Below are positions 9,279-20,089 of a DNA stretch of 55,692 nucleotides, piece after piece (the stretch's first letter is position 1; every line of letters begins with the position of its first letter). The notes below the pieces were generated by a model. It was not told where the DNA came from, made no database searches, and worked only from the letters and a program-made list of their open reading frames with translations. The position numbers and the translations under genes are program-made. The stretch spans positions 62,001-117,692 of the forward strand of contig NZ_MWQY01000014.1 of assembly GCF_002087085.1 (NCBI RefSeq), read 5' to 3'.

Positions 9279-10673
9279 TTAACGCTTTAAGGTCAAAAGC
9301 TCCTGCAGCATCTGGTCCGATGTTTGTATCGTTTTACTGTTGGACTGGAAACCCCGCTGTGTAACGATCATGTCGGTAAATTGTTCCGCCAGGTCCACGT
9401 TGCTCATTTCCAGGGCGCCGGCGATAAACTTGCCCTTGCCGGCAACACCGCTCTCGGAGACATTCGGGTCGCCTGAGTTGTTGGTCACGATGTAGGTACT
9501 CTCGCCGGCCTTCTCGAGCCCTCCGGGGTTAACGAAACTCGCCAGGGCGACCTGTCCGATGGTACGGTTGGTACCGTTGGAATAGACCCCGGTTATCATT
9601 CCGGACTGATCGACTTTGAAGCTCTCCAGGTATCCCATGGGATAACCGTTCTGCGCAAAGGCCTTGGTGGAACTCTTTTCAGCAAACTGGGTCATGGAGT
9701 TCACAACGCTCCCAACCTCTCCCAGATTCAGATTGAAGGTCTGCCGCAGCACGCCGCCTTCAGCGTCGGGATTGGCGTCGGGCACATCGAAAGAAATCTG
9801 CGTCTGAAGCGCCCCCTCTGTCAGTATATCACCCTGGGCGTCGGTTACCGATTCCAGGGTCCCGAGATTGTTGAAATTTACCGTAAAAGTGGCTGTGGCG
9901 TTGTTCGCCTCCCCGACCTCGGCAAGGGTGTTCGCCGTATCTGCACCGTCTGCGTCGGGATTCATGATTACCACCGCATCCCAGCTGTTCGGAGCTCCCA
10001 CGGTCTTGGTAAAGTTAATCCGCATGGTGTGGGTGTTCCCGAAATCGTCATACACTGTCTTGTCGATGGTCCAGGTGTTCTGCAGTACTTCCGCGGGGCC
10101 CGCGTCGGCGGGGATTTCTCCAACTCTCTTATCCAGGTTACAGGCCAGATAGACTTCGCTGGTTGCGGAGGCAGGGTCCTTACCGCCTATGGGAATGGTA
10201 ATGTCCCCCACATCGGAAGCTGTATTGATGATTGTCTGCCCCTCCACCTCCTGGGCCATCCATCCCTGGACCTTCAGGCCATTGGCGGGATTCACCAGGG
10301 TACCGGCTTCGTCAAGGCCAAAAGCGCCGGCTCTGGTGTAGAACTCCTTGTCTCCCTCCCGGAGGATAAAGAACCCGTTTCCCTGGATTGCGATATCCGT
10401 CATGACCCCGGTGGTCTGCAGGGAGCCCTGGGTGTGGATGGTATCGATAGCGGCAATAGTCATACCCAGTCCGACCTGTTTCGGGTTTACTCCCCCAAGG
10501 TCATCGGTAGGACGGGCGGCCCCGGACATTGTCTGGGACAGCATATCCTGAAAATTCACCCTCCCCTTTTTAAAACCGATCGTGTTGACGTTGGAGATGT
10601 TGTTACCAATAACATCCATCCGCGTCTGGTGATTCTGCAGACCGGAAACACCGGCATAAAGGGACCGCATCAT
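9279..10673 (-). CDS. flgE: Flagellar hook protein FlgE
   Basis: [13 protein letters not shown] and [23 protein letters not shown] motifs. Confidence 0.98.
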   Translation of the reverse strand: MMRSLYAGVSGLQNHQTRMDVIGNNISNVNTIGFKKGRVNFQDMLSQTMSGAARPTDDLGGVNPKQVGLGMTIAAIDTIHTQGSLQTTGVMTDIAIQGNGFFILREGDKEFYTRAGAFGLDEAGTLVNPANGLKVQGWMAQEVEGQTIINTASDVGDITIPIGGKDPASATSEVYLACNLDKRVGEIPADAGPAEVLQNTWTIDKTVYDDFGNTHTMRINFTKTVGAPNSWDAVVIMNPDADGADTANTLAEVGEANNATATFTVNFNNLGTLESVTDAQGDILTEGALQTQISFDVPDANPDAEGGVLRQTFNLNLGEVGSVVNSMTQFAEKSSTKAFAQNGYPMGYLESFKVDQSGMITGVYSNGTNRTIGQVALASFVNPGGLEKAGESTYIVTNNSGDPNVSESGVAGKGKFIAGALEMSNVDLAEQFTDMIVTQRGFQSNSKTIQTSDQMLQELLTLKR

Positions 10674-11122
10674 ATGTTCATATCCTCCTGGCGCATTACC
10701 TTTTCAATTTCATCCACATCGTAGTAGGTTCCGTTTACAAGAACCTGGGGGAATTCCCGTCCGGATACCGCTTCTACGGTACCGCGAATAACCTGATCTC
10801 CCCGAATAATCTCCACCTCGTGTCCCAGGGTATTCATGGCCTTCGATGAAGCCATTACCCCGGAGAGCTGAGTAAAGGAGCTTGCCATGTTCGTCATCTG
10901 TTCCAGTGTTGAGAACTGGGCCATCTGGGCAATAAACTCCTTGTCCTTCATGGGTTCACTGGGGTCCTGATGGGTCAGCTGGGTCAGAAGAATTTTAAGA
11001 AAATCATCCTTGTCGAGCTCCTGCTTTGACTGCCTGCCGGGATCGATCGTCTTGTTCAGCAGATCAACCTGCATCTGTGTTCTTGCCTTGTCGGCGCTGT
11101 TCATGGTTGTGGAAATATCCAT
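10670..11122 (-). CDS. flgD: Hook capping protein FlgD
   Basis: [19 protein letters not shown]...[11 protein letters not shown] motif. Confidence 0.96.
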   Translation of the reverse strand: MDISTTMNSADKARTQMQVDLLNKTIDPGRQSKQELDKDDFLKILLTQLTHQDPSEPMKDKEFIAQMAQFSTLEQMTNMASSFTQLSGVMASSKAMNTLGHEVEIIRGDQVIRGTVEAVSGREFPQVLVNGTYYDVDEIEKVMRQEDMNI

Positions 11123-11134
11123 CCTGCTCTTCTC

Positions 11135-12535
11135 CTACACATATACATTGACCCGACTCTCGCCGAAAATATAATCTTCGACCCTGGGTACCTGGTCATC
11201 AAAAATCCTGGTCATTTTTTCAAGAGGAAGCCCTTCGAGATTCTGTTCTCTTCGTCTTCCGGAAAAACCTTCCCTCTGTCCGACAGAGACGTCCAGGCCG
11301 GCGGTCTGAAAACCGTTTTCCCGGAAAGCCCGGTTCAGGGCCTCCATGTTCTCCTGAAAAACCTCTCGTACACTATTATTTTCGACAATTATTCGGCCGG
11401 CTATATGCCTATTATCCGAGAGATTCAGCCGTATCCGTACTTCCCCCAGTTTTTCCGGCTTGAGTATCAGGCGGATCTCACCCTGGTCCCTGTCCTTGAG
11501 TACAAACTGGGCTTTTTTTATGATCTCCCCGTTCCCCTCTTCCTTCAGAGCACGGGAAAGGTCTGCTGCAGCCTGGGCGGGACCGGTCTCGCCGCGGGAA
11601 ATCGTGGAATCCGCCTTTCCATTGAAAGCCTCGATAACGATGAAATCCTGACGGTTCTGGCCTTCCGGCTTCAGGGAATCCTGCAAGCTGACAGCCTCGA
11701 TCTTCTGTGCCTGGTGTGAAGCTGTCTGTTCGCTTTTTGTCTCCTTTCGGCTGCGAAGATCGATAAGTTCGGCCTTTACCGTCTGCCGCTGGGCATCATC
11801 GCCGGAATGAACCCTGCGAACAGCGGATGCATCGCGGCGGGCCTCACTGTCATGTCTGGTTTTTTCTGCAGCCGCTTTTCCTGCCTCTTTTGCACTTTCA
11901 GCATCTCCGGGGCCGATCCCTTCGCCGGATACAGTAAGGCCCTTTATGGCCGATTTTTCCTTATCCCTGGCATCAGAATCTGAGGTTTCTGTACGTCTTT
12001 CGGAAGAAGATGCTGACTTTTCCGGATCTATTCCGGCTTCCGCCTGTACCGGGACCTGTATCTTTACATCTGATTTGTTGTCTTTACCGGTTCCACGGGC
12101 TCCCGCGAAGACATTTTCAGGATTATTGACCTTCCGGCTGTTCTTTTCGGTGGTCTGTTTGCCATCCCCCCGGGGGGTCGGAACATGGACGGGGTTCTCT
12201 TTTTCATCCCTGGAAACGGATTCATCCGATCCTTCGCCGGAATGGTCCCTGTCTGCTTCCTTACTGTTTTCAGAAGTGTCGGTTTCCTCTTTTTTTGATT
12301 TCGCGGCGGCGTCCTTCACGGTTTCCGCATCTTTCGATTCCTTCGCCCTGCCAGGACTCTCCCCCTGAAGGTCCGCGTCTGTTTTCTCAGTCTCCCTCTG
12401 ATCCGCCGAATTGCTCCTTTCCGTTTCTGCACGGGCAAGGTATTCGCCGAAAGGAGGCCCCTCAAGCTCCGTTACCTGGGGAGAAAACTCCGCAGGTCGA
12501 TGGTCGCTGGAGATAAACTCTACCGGGGATATCAT
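11135..12535 (-). CDS. fliK: Hook-length control protein FliK
   Basis: Long low-complexity N-terminus, C-terminal T3S4 domain (IRLILKPEKLGEVRIRL); upstream of flgD. Confidence 0.9.
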   Translation of the reverse strand: MISPVEFISSDHRPAEFSPQVTELEGPPFGEYLARAETERSNSADQRETEKTDADLQGESPGRAKESKDAETVKDAAAKSKKEETDTSENSKEADRDHSGEGSDESVSRDEKENPVHVPTPRGDGKQTTEKNSRKVNNPENVFAGARGTGKDNKSDVKIQVPVQAEAGIDPEKSASSSERRTETSDSDARDKEKSAIKGLTVSGEGIGPGDAESAKEAGKAAAEKTRHDSEARRDASAVRRVHSGDDAQRQTVKAELIDLRSRKETKSEQTASHQAQKIEAVSLQDSLKPEGQNRQDFIVIEAFNGKADSTISRGETGPAQAAADLSRALKEEGNGEIIKKAQFVLKDRDQGEIRLILKPEKLGEVRIRLNLSDNRHIAGRIIVENNSVREVFQENMEALNRAFRENGFQTAGLDVSVGQREGFSGRRREQNLEGLPLEKMTRIFDDQVPRVEDYIFGESRVNVYV

Positions 12536-12544
12536 CTTTTTGTA

Positions 12545-13168
12545 TCATCCTCCTTGAACCTCCGGTTTCTTGAGCATTTTTCGGTTTAAAACCGCAGCTC
12601 TGTCCGCAGGCATCAGAGACAACCAGTACGAAACGACCGAAACGTTCCCGGCCTCCCGGGCCATCTGTTCGGTCATGCGCAGAATGTCAATCACATCCTG
12701 GTCGTCCATTGCAACGAGCCGTTCGACAGCCGCTTCCGGGGGCATCCCCGCAAAATACTCCGCGGCTTGACGAAGGTTTGCACTCTTATTTTCGTACTGT
12801 TTTACAATTTCATTGAATGATTTTTCCCGATCTTCCAGCGCCTTTTCCCGCTCTTCAAGGGCTTCCAGCTTTTGAACAATCTCCTCTTCCCTGATATCCA
12901 GCTGCTCTTCCTGTTCCAGGAGGGCGGTTTCTCTCCGGTCAAGCTCTTCCCACAGCTTCTCCAGACGTGCCTCATCCAGCAGAAGGACGGAACCGTCATC
13001 CGGAACCTGCTCGGGGGTTTCCATTCCCAGCAGCCGGAACACCGGGTTCAGTCGTTCCCGGACATCCACCAGGCCCAGATGATCGAACCAGAGTAATCCA
13101 CCGAGGAACAGAATTCCAATCAACAGGACGAGGACGATTATCCGGTATCCTGCATTTACCTTTGCCAT
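12545..13168 (-). CDS. flbB: Periplasmic flagellar collar protein FlbB
   Basis: N-terminal TM (GGLLWFDHLG), coiled coil, MPPEAAV MotE/MgtE-like C-terminus; spirochaete position between fliJ and fliK. Confidence 0.85.
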   Translation of the reverse strand: MAKVNAGYRIIVLVLLIGILFLGGLLWFDHLGLVDVRERLNPVFRLLGMETPEQVPDDGSVLLLDEARLEKLWEELDRRETALLEQEEQLDIREEEIVQKLEALEEREKALEDREKSFNEIVKQYENKSANLRQAAEYFAGMPPEAAVERLVAMDDQDVIDILRMTEQMAREAGNVSVVSYWLSLMPADRAAVLNRKMLKKPEVQGG

Positions 13169-13620
13169 TACTCTTTTCCTCCCGCTTCAATACGACGTGC
13201 GGCGGCACTGCTGTTCAGATCGTCCTGTTTCAGAATCTCGTTTTTGCGTTCTTCCCGGTAAAATTCCGCCGCTTTTTTTTCTTTCAGTTTCTCGAATACC
13301 TTTCGTTCCCGGGACGCCTCGATATAGCCGGCCTGTATTTTTTCCCGTTCCTTTCCAAGCCGGCCCAGATCCTGATGCAACTGACTGCTGGTATGCTCCA
13401 TTCTCCTGATGTAATTTTCCGCAGCCACCCGGGCGACAAAATCATTTCCCGCAGCAGCTCCGGAAACAAAAGCCTGACGCCTCTTCCGCCCGCACTCGGC
13501 AATCCGCTGGCGAATCGCTTCCATACGTCCGGTAAGCTCGCCGAGTTTCTGTTCCCATTCCCGTTCCCGGTACTCCTTGAGTTCGAGGAGCTTCTGCAGC
13601 TTGAAATGAAAACGTCGCAT
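13168..13620 (-). CDS. fliJ: Flagellar export chaperone FliJ
   Basis: MRRFHFKLQKLL, coiled coil; downstream of fliI. Confidence 0.92.
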   Translation of the reverse strand: MRRFHFKLQKLLELKEYREREWEQKLGELTGRMEAIRQRIAECGRKRRQAFVSGAAAGNDFVARVAAENYIRRMEHTSSQLHQDLGRLGKEREKIQAGYIEASRERKVFEKLKEKKAAEFYREERKNEILKQDDLNSSAAARRIEAGGKE

Positions 13621-13623
13621 TGC

Positions 13624-14931
13624 CTAATCCGTCCCCGCCAGTGAACGCAATGTTTCCAGAGTGTCTGCGATATCCGCCCGCTCATCGATTCCCTGCACCA
13701 GGAAGTCCCGTATGGCAGGCATCTTGGCGATTGCTTCATCCACAAGAGAATTGGCACCCTTTACGTATGCTCCCACGTTGATAAGGTCTTCGGACTCATA
13801 GTAGGCAGACAGCAGCTGTCGCAGTCTTCCCGCAGCTTTCAGGTCCGCTTCCTTCGCCACCTTGTTTCCCAGGCGCGACAGGGAATCAAGGACATCCACC
13901 GCCGGATAGTGATACCGCTGTGCCAGCTGCCGGCTCAGGATAACGTGTCCGTCCAGAATACCCCGTACCGTATCTGCCACGGGGTCATCCATATCATCGG
14001 CGTCCACAAGAATGGAATAAAATCCGGTAATTGTTCCCTTGTCGGAGGTACCGCAGCGTTCAAGAAGCTTGGGCAGCAGGGAAAAAACCGAGGGGGTGTA
14101 TCCCCTGGTGGCCGGCGGTTCGCCCACGGCGAGGCCGATCTCCCGCTGGGCCCGGGCAAAACGGGTTACCGAATCGAAGAGAAGCATTACATCCTTGCCC
14201 TGGTCCCTGAAGTATTCGGCAATGGCCGTGGCGACGTAGGCACCTCTGAGGCGTGCCAGGGGGGGAGTATCGGAGGAGGAGACCACCAGCACTGAACGCT
14301 TGAGCCCCTCAGGCCCGAGATCGTTGTCGATGAACTCCTTGACCTCCCTGCCGCGTTCCCCGATGAGGGCAATCACGTTGACATCTGCGGAGGTGTTCCG
14401 GGCGATCATACCGAGAATGGTGGACTTTCCGACCCCGGAACCGGAGAAAATACCCAGTCGTTGTCCCTTTCCCACGGGGGTAAAGGCATCCAGGGAACGG
14501 ACCCCGGTAACAATGCGTTCCTTAATGGCGGCACGACGCAAAACATCCGGCGGCTCCGCTATGACCGGGTAGGTTTCCACCGAACCGAGGGTGGGCCCGT
14601 TGTCCATGGGTCGGCCAAGGCTGTCCAGTACGCGCCCCAGCAGTCTGGGAGAGACGGGAACAGAGAGGGATTCACCCATGGCGGTAACACGACAGCCTGC
14701 CTCAATGCCCTCCATGCCCAGAAAGGGCATCAGCTGGACAGATTCCTCGGAAAACCCGACGATCTCCGCCGGCACGGTTCCCCTGCCCTTGGGGACATCG
14801 ATATGACATAATTCGCCCACCATCCCATGGGGGCCGTGACTCTCGATCATGAGCCCCTTCACGCGCTGAATGAGTCCCGTATATTTTATAGGATCAAAGT
14901 CGCTGAGAACTGTATTATACTTTTCGAACAT
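13624..14931 (-). CDS. fliI: Flagellar export ATPase FliI
   Basis: Walker A GSGVGKS, GERGREV, DSVTRFARAQRE. Confidence 0.98.
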   Translation of the reverse strand: MFEKYNTVLSDFDPIKYTGLIQRVKGLMIESHGPHGMVGELCHIDVPKGRGTVPAEIVGFSEESVQLMPFLGMEGIEAGCRVTAMGESLSVPVSPRLLGRVLDSLGRPMDNGPTLGSVETYPVIAEPPDVLRRAAIKERIVTGVRSLDAFTPVGKGQRLGIFSGSGVGKSTILGMIARNTSADVNVIALIGERGREVKEFIDNDLGPEGLKRSVLVVSSSDTPPLARLRGAYVATAIAEYFRDQGKDVMLLFDSVTRFARAQREIGLAVGEPPATRGYTPSVFSLLPKLLERCGTSDKGTITGFYSILVDADDMDDPVADTVRGILDGHVILSRQLAQRYHYPAVDVLDSLSRLGNKVAKEADLKAAGRLRQLLSAYYESEDLINVGAYVKGANSLVDEAIAKMPAIRDFLVQGIDERADIADTLETLRSLAGTD

Positions 14932-14963
14932 CCTTCCCTCCCTTAAAGGATGAACCTGGAACC

Positions 14964-15875
14964 TCAGGCCTCCCCTTTTTCTCTGATGGGTGCCATCTCC
15001 AGGATTTTTTCCTCAATTTCGTTGAATTGCGATTTTATCCTGGCATCGATCTCCCCGAAGTCTGTCTCGATAATACAGCCTCCACGGTCTACCCGGGAGT
15101 CTTCCATTACCGTTATGGATCTGACGTTCTCGACCATACGCATGAAATCCTTGACATGGTCGGTGGTAAGATCAACGTCTTCCAGGTTAACCCTGAGAAT
15201 GACGTCTCCACGGCTCTTGAGTTTTCTCAGGGCCTGAATAACATTATTGATGACCACGTTCTTCTGGTTTTCCGAGATAACCTTGATTACCTTCTTTGCA
15301 ATCAGAAGAACAAGGTTGATCACCTGGGTTTCGGATTCCTCGATTATCTCCGTGCGCTTTTCGATGGCGGAACTGATGATACCGTGAAGGTGGGTGACCA
15401 GCCGTTCAACCTCACCCCGACCCTCCTGGTAGCCTTCTTCCCGACCGGATTCAAAACCCTCGGCGTAGGCGTCCTTACGGATCTGTTCGAGCTGATCGTT
15501 GGCCTCTTTGAGAATCTCATCCCGCCGGGCTTCGGCTTCCGATTCAATCTCCGCGGCATTATCCTCGGCTTCCTGCTTCAGCTTCTCCCCTTCATCGGTC
15601 TTGGCCTTGAGAACCTGAAAAGCCCGTTCCTCCGCCTCCTTGACGATATTCTCCGCCTCTTCCTGTGCGGAGGCGATCATCCCGGCCTTCTCTTCTTCCC
15701 ACTGAGCCCTGAAGGCCTCAGCCTCTCTGCGCAGGTCATCGGCGGTTGGTCCGCTGTACTCCTCTGCGGGAACAGGAACCTCCACGGGCTTCTGTTCCTT
15801 GAAGGGGGTATCGAGAACGATTCTGCCGGAACTTAACTGTGTTACCTCCGTGGGCCGGAAAACATTCTTTGCCAT
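14964..15875 (-). CDS. fliH: Flagellar assembly protein FliH
   Basis: GxxxG repeats (AYAEGFESGREEGYQEG), GGCIIETDFGEIDA. Confidence 0.96.
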   Translation of the reverse strand: MAKNVFRPTEVTQLSSGRIVLDTPFKEQKPVEVPVPAEEYSGPTADDLRREAEAFRAQWEEEKAGMIASAQEEAENIVKEAEERAFQVLKAKTDEGEKLKQEAEDNAAEIESEAEARRDEILKEANDQLEQIRKDAYAEGFESGREEGYQEGRGEVERLVTHLHGIISSAIEKRTEIIEESETQVINLVLLIAKKVIKVISENQKNVVINNVIQALRKLKSRGDVILRVNLEDVDLTTDHVKDFMRMVENVRSITVMEDSRVDRGGCIIETDFGEIDARIKSQFNEIEEKILEMAPIREKGEA

Positions 15876-15887
15876 TCCCTACCTTCC

Positions 15888-16955
15888 CTATACCACCATC
15901 TCGTCCTCGCCGGAACGGGCAACAACAATTTCGCCCTGGTCCTCGAGCTTGCGGATAATGGAAACAATCTTCTGCTGGGTCTCCTCAACGTCCTTAAGCC
16001 GCACGGGACCCATGTACTCCATCTCCTCCTTGAGCATTCCCGCGGCGCGCTTGGACATATTGCGAAAAATCTTGTCCTGAACCTCGGCTTCCACACCCCG
16101 CAGGGCCTTGGCCAGTTCTCCGGTATCCACCTCCCGCAGCACCTTCTGAATCGCCCGGTCGTCGAGAAGCACGATATCCTCGAATACGAACATGCGCTTC
16201 TTGATCTCCTCTGCCAGTTCCGGATCCTCCTCTTCAAGGCTTTCGATGATGGTCTTTTCCGTCGAACGGTCCACCATATTGAGGATCTCAACGATATTCT
16301 CGACTCCACCGGCGGCGGTGTAGTCCTCGGAACTGAGGGTCGAAAGCTTCTTCTCAAGGACCCGTTCGACCTCCCGCAGAATGTTGGGGTCTGTACGGTC
16401 CATGGTTGCAATGCGCTTGGATACATCGGACTGTATCTCGTGGGGCAGACTGGCAAGTATTATGGATGCCTTCTGGGGTTCCAGGTAGGCCAGGATCAGA
16501 GCGATGGTCTGGGGATGCTCCTGCTGGATAAAGTTCAAGAGGTGCGCGGGGTCCGTACGCCGGATAAAGTCGAAGGGACGCACCTGCAGCGAACTGGTCA
16601 GACGATTGATGATATCCACCGCCTTCTGGGCACCCAGGGATTTTTCGAGAAGCTCCCTGGCGTAATCGATACCTCCGGAGGTTATGAAGTCCTGGGCCAT
16701 CATGAGTTCCTTGAACTCCATCAGCACCGTGTCCCTGTCCTCAGAATCGATATTGTCCAGCCGCGCGATCTCGAAGGTAAGCGCTTCAATTTCGTCTTCC
16801 CTGAGGTGTTTGAAAATCTCCGACGAGATTTCCGATCCCAGGGTGACAAGAAAGATTGCAGCCTTCTGACGACCGGTGAGTTCCTTCTTTAAGCCCTTCT
16901 TGGGAGCCCCGCCTGCGGCGGCTCCCGGGGTCTGTGCTTTAGCTTGTTTGGCCAT
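15888..16955 (-). CDS. fliG: Flagellar switch protein FliG
   Basis: EHPQTIALIL, MFVFEDI, GPVRLKDVE motifs. Confidence 0.98.
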   Translation of the reverse strand: MAKQAKAQTPGAAAGGAPKKGLKKELTGRQKAAIFLVTLGSEISSEIFKHLREDEIEALTFEIARLDNIDSEDRDTVLMEFKELMMAQDFITSGGIDYARELLEKSLGAQKAVDIINRLTSSLQVRPFDFIRRTDPAHLLNFIQQEHPQTIALILAYLEPQKASIILASLPHEIQSDVSKRIATMDRTDPNILREVERVLEKKLSTLSSEDYTAAGGVENIVEILNMVDRSTEKTIIESLEEEDPELAEEIKKRMFVFEDIVLLDDRAIQKVLREVDTGELAKALRGVEAEVQDKIFRNMSKRAAGMLKEEMEYMGPVRLKDVEETQQKIVSIIRKLEDQGEIVVARSGEDEMVV

Positions 16956-16978
16956 ATCGAGTCTCCTTCGTCACTGTG

Positions 16979-18688
16979 CTACTCCTCAAGCAGCCAGGTG
17001 CGAATCAGCTGGGCAACATCCTCGGGATGCTCCCGGGCCATGTTGATGGCATGCTCCTGCATGTCCAGCCTGGCCCGCTCCTCGACGGACATTTCGACAT
17101 CCACCCCCTCCTCTTCCGCACTTCTGAGGGCGGCCTCGCGCATAGCCTGGTGCTGCCGGGAGAGCTCCTCCTCCCTGAGTCTTCGACGCCGTTCCAGCTC
17201 GCGGCTTATCAGACGGAAGACGATAAGGGCGATAATCAGTACCGCCACGGCTATGAGGGAATAGATGATCATCTGCTGCAGCCGCTGCCGTGCCCTGAAC
17301 TCCTCGTCCTCCATGGCGAACTGTGCAGTCCGGTCGAACTGCAGGTGTTCAACCGAAACGCTGTCCCCCCGGTTGCGATCATAGCCGATGGCATGCTCCA
17401 CCAGGGTGCGGGCCTTCGCAAGGTCTTCATCGGAAACCGGGGTATAGTTGCGGACAATGCTTCCGGTACTGTCGAGTTTTACCGTACCCTTATCGGTATA
17501 TTCCCTGCGCCACAGGCCGTCAATAGCGGCACCGACGCTTATGCGATTAATGACCCAGGGGGTTTTTTCTTCATAGGTATTCTTCTGGTTTACCTCTTCG
17601 TTCTGGGTAACCGAGTTGTTTTTATACTCCCCGAAGAGGGCGTCGGCATCCTTGTATGAGGGCGGCACCTGCCCTTCCACCCCGGGAGGACCTTCAGGAT
17701 TGAAACCTGTTCCCTTCCACTGTTCGTCGATAACCTCCTTGGAACGGGTTACCGAGGGAACTACCTGCAGTTCCGAATAGGGTGTGGCCGGATTGTCGGG
17801 AACCATGGTTATGGGAAAGAACTCCTCCGTTTCCACAACCCGTTTGCTCATATCCAGGTCGATGTCGACCTTGAGCACCCGTACCCGATCCTCGCCGAAG
17901 ATCTGCATAAGGGCTTTCTGTATCTCGTTACGGTAGGCCTTTTCGAGATTATCCTTCTGTGCAAGCTGCCGTTTGGTGAGTTCCAGGCGGTCAAAATCCG
18001 CCAGGTCCTCGAAATCATTCAGGACGTTCATATTGTGATCGCTGATCACAATATTCTCTTCCTGCAGGCCCTCAACGGCAAAACGTACCAGTTTTACAAT
18101 ACCCTCGATCTTTGCCCGGTTGGTGGAAATGCCTGATCCCGGAGACGGGGTAATTATGACCGACGCGGTTACCGGCTGCTGGTCGTCGCTGAAAAGCTCG
18201 GTTTCCGGCATTACCAGGGTAACCTCGGCATCGTCGACATCCGCCAGAGCCTCTATGTGCTGCTCCAGGCTGTCGGTTATTGCCCGCCTTAAGTTTACGT
18301 TCCGTTCAAAATCGGTAATAGTCCAGCGGTCGAGCTTGAAGACATCCCAGGGAGACACCTCCTTGGGAATAAGGTCTTCCCGCATCAGAATCGAGACCAT
18401 TCGCTGGGCAGTAATTTTGTCTTTAACGAAAATCCGCCCCTCCGCAGAGATGGTGTGTTCCACCTTCTCCTCATCGAGACGCAAGGAAATTTCAGACAAC
18501 TTTTCCTGATCGGTAATTGCGGTAGTCAGCAGCGGCACCATGCTCGGCCGGGAACTGAACGTCACCAGACCTGCCAGCGCGCCGATAACCGCGACGACGA
18601 TTACAATAAACATGATCCGCTGAACCAGGGACCACTTACTCCAACCGCCCTTTACCTGCTCCAGGAACTTTTTCAACCATTCGTTCAT
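16979..18688 (-). CDS. fliF: Flagellar MS-ring protein FliF
   Basis: Two TM segments flanking ring domains (VTASVIITP, AIGYDRNRGDSVSV); ATG 18688 with GGGAGG RBS. Confidence 0.96.
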   Translation of the reverse strand: MNEWLKKFLEQVKGGWSKWSLVQRIMFIVIVVAVIGALAGLVTFSSRPSMVPLLTTAITDQEKLSEISLRLDEEKVEHTISAEGRIFVKDKITAQRMVSILMREDLIPKEVSPWDVFKLDRWTITDFERNVNLRRAITDSLEQHIEALADVDDAEVTLVMPETELFSDDQQPVTASVIITPSPGSGISTNRAKIEGIVKLVRFAVEGLQEENIVISDHNMNVLNDFEDLADFDRLELTKRQLAQKDNLEKAYRNEIQKALMQIFGEDRVRVLKVDIDLDMSKRVVETEEFFPITMVPDNPATPYSELQVVPSVTRSKEVIDEQWKGTGFNPEGPPGVEGQVPPSYKDADALFGEYKNNSVTQNEEVNQKNTYEEKTPWVINRISVGAAIDGLWRREYTDKGTVKLDSTGSIVRNYTPVSDEDLAKARTLVEHAIGYDRNRGDSVSVEHLQFDRTAQFAMEDEEFRARQRLQQMIIYSLIAVAVLIIALIVFRLISRELERRRRLREEELSRQHQAMREAALRSAEEEGVDVEMSVEERARLDMQEHAINMAREHPEDVAQLIRTWLLEE

Positions 18689-18782
18689 CTCCCCTCCCAA
18701 GGCACTAATGGTTAATTAGCTCCGTTTGATAGAAATATGTAACCTACCTGGTTATCATCTTACAGCAGAACGAGATACTTGG

Positions 18783-19115
18783 CTACCGTAAACTGATAAT
18801 CTCTTTGTAGGCCCGTATGGCTCCGTCAACAACGGATTTGGTCATGGTGACGGCCATATTCGCCTTCGCCATGGCAATTGTAACATCATGAGAATCAACA
18901 CTCTCCGGGTCCGTAAGCATTGCCTGAGTCAGGGATGTACTCTCCTGCTGCAGGGCATTTGCGCCGTTCAGGGCCTTCACCATGGCCTGGGAAAAACCCG
19001 TGGTCGAACTGTCTTCAGGCTGATTCTGAGGAAGCTTGCCGGACAGATGCCTGGGATTTGTCCTTTCCAGCCCGATTTTGTGGCCCGAAACATGCATTGA
19101 ATCAAAAATATCCAT
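18783..19115 (-). CDS. fliE: Hook-basal body protein FliE
   Basis: HDVTIAMAKA...AYKEII motif; downstream of flgC. Confidence 0.95.
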   Translation of the reverse strand: MDIFDSMHVSGHKIGLERTNPRHLSGKLPQNQPEDSSTTGFSQAMVKALNGANALQQESTSLTQAMLTDPESVDSHDVTIAMAKANMAVTMTKSVVDGAIRAYKEIISLR

Positions 19116-19122
19116 AGTTTAC

Positions 19123-19581
19123 CTACCTTCCTATATCCAGCGAGCGCATGAACATGGTCTTCGAGCCGTTAACCAGGGCAATATTTGCCTCGTAGGAACG
19201 GCTGGCGGAGATCATATCCACCATCTCTTCAACAATATTGACGTTAGGCATTTCAACATAGCCGGTTTTCGGACCCGATTTGATTGCGTCGGGATGCGTC
19301 GGATCGTACACAAGCCGGGTTTTAGCATCCCTGTCCTTGGTAATCTCCGCGACCCTCACCCCTTTTCCGATGCCGTTATCCAGGCGCTTCGGTAAAAAGG
19401 GAATCTTGAAGTAGGGCTCCGAGACCCGGGGCTTCATTATCACCCGGCTGCGACGATAGGGTCCCCCCTCGGGGGTCCTGGTGGTGTCCGCGTTGGCAAT
19501 ATTATTGGAAATAACATCAAGACGAAGCCGCTGGGCGCTCAGACCCGATGCCGCCGTGTTTATGCTGGTAAACATACCCAT
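19123..19581 (-). CDS. flgC: Basal body rod protein FlgC
   Basis: SNNIANADTT, YDPTHPDA, PNVNIVEEMVDMISASRSYEAN. Confidence 0.97.
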   Translation of the reverse strand: MGMFTSINTAASGLSAQRLRLDVISNNIANADTTRTPEGGPYRRSRVIMKPRVSEPYFKIPFLPKRLDNGIGKGVRVAEITKDRDAKTRLVYDPTHPDAIKSGPKTGYVEMPNVNIVEEMVDMISASRSYEANIALVNGSKTMFMRSLDIGR

Positions 19582-19604
19582 TATTCTCTATCTCCTCTCT
19601 TCCG

Positions 19605-20024
19605 CTAACGCAGAACGGTGTTTACCTGACTGAACTGGTTCGCCACCGAACGGGTCATTATTTCGTAGCGCAGCTGGTTCTGCAGCTGGGCCATCATCTC
19701 TTCTTCCAGGTCCACATTGTTTCCGTTGTTATCCGACTGGGTCAGATAATCCAGGATCTTCTTCGGTTTTACCGTCCGGTAATCAGTACTCCGGTGAAAA
19801 GGAATATGCTTAGGATCGGTCAGCGCGGCCTTCAGGCGTCCCGTCGGTTTTTCCGAGTCCAGGGCCCGTTTGAGCTCAGCCTCGAAATTGATCTCGCTGC
19901 GCTTGAAGTTCGGCGTATCGGCGTTGGCAATGTTGTTGGAGATAACACTGCGCCTGAGTACAGCCACATCCATATTTCGATGCAGCAGATCGAGGGTTTT
20001 TCCAAAACTGTTACCGTAAAACAC
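19605..20024 (-). CDS. flgB: Basal body rod protein FlgB
   Basis: SNNIANADTPNFK and NGNNVDLEEEM; GTG start with AAGGAG RBS. Confidence 0.97.
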   Translation of the reverse strand: MFYGNSFGKTLDLLHRNMDVAVLRRSVISNNIANADTPNFKRSEINFEAELKRALDSEKPTGRLKAALTDPKHIPFHRSTDYRTVKPKKILDYLTQSDNNGNNVDLEEEMMAQLQNQLRYEIMTRSVANQFSQVNTVLR

Positions 20025-20061
20025 AGCATGCTCCTTGCATAATTCTCTTTCTTATCCTCTA

Positions 20062-20089
20062 GTTTCGGCAGGAACAGCGTCCCTCCTTA
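20062..20089 (-). promoter_or_regulatory. Sigma28 (FliA)-type promoter upstream of flgB
   Basis: TAAG-N16-GCCGAAAC versus consensus TAAA-N15/16-GCCGATAA. Confidence 0.6.

Noticed and set aside
11700..12500. Low-complexity charged stretch as a repeat or foreign insert
   Set aside because: Normal disordered ruler region of FliK
12536..12700. Treponema-like sigma28 promoter upstream of fliK
   Set aside because: TAAA present but no GCCGA box at the right spacing
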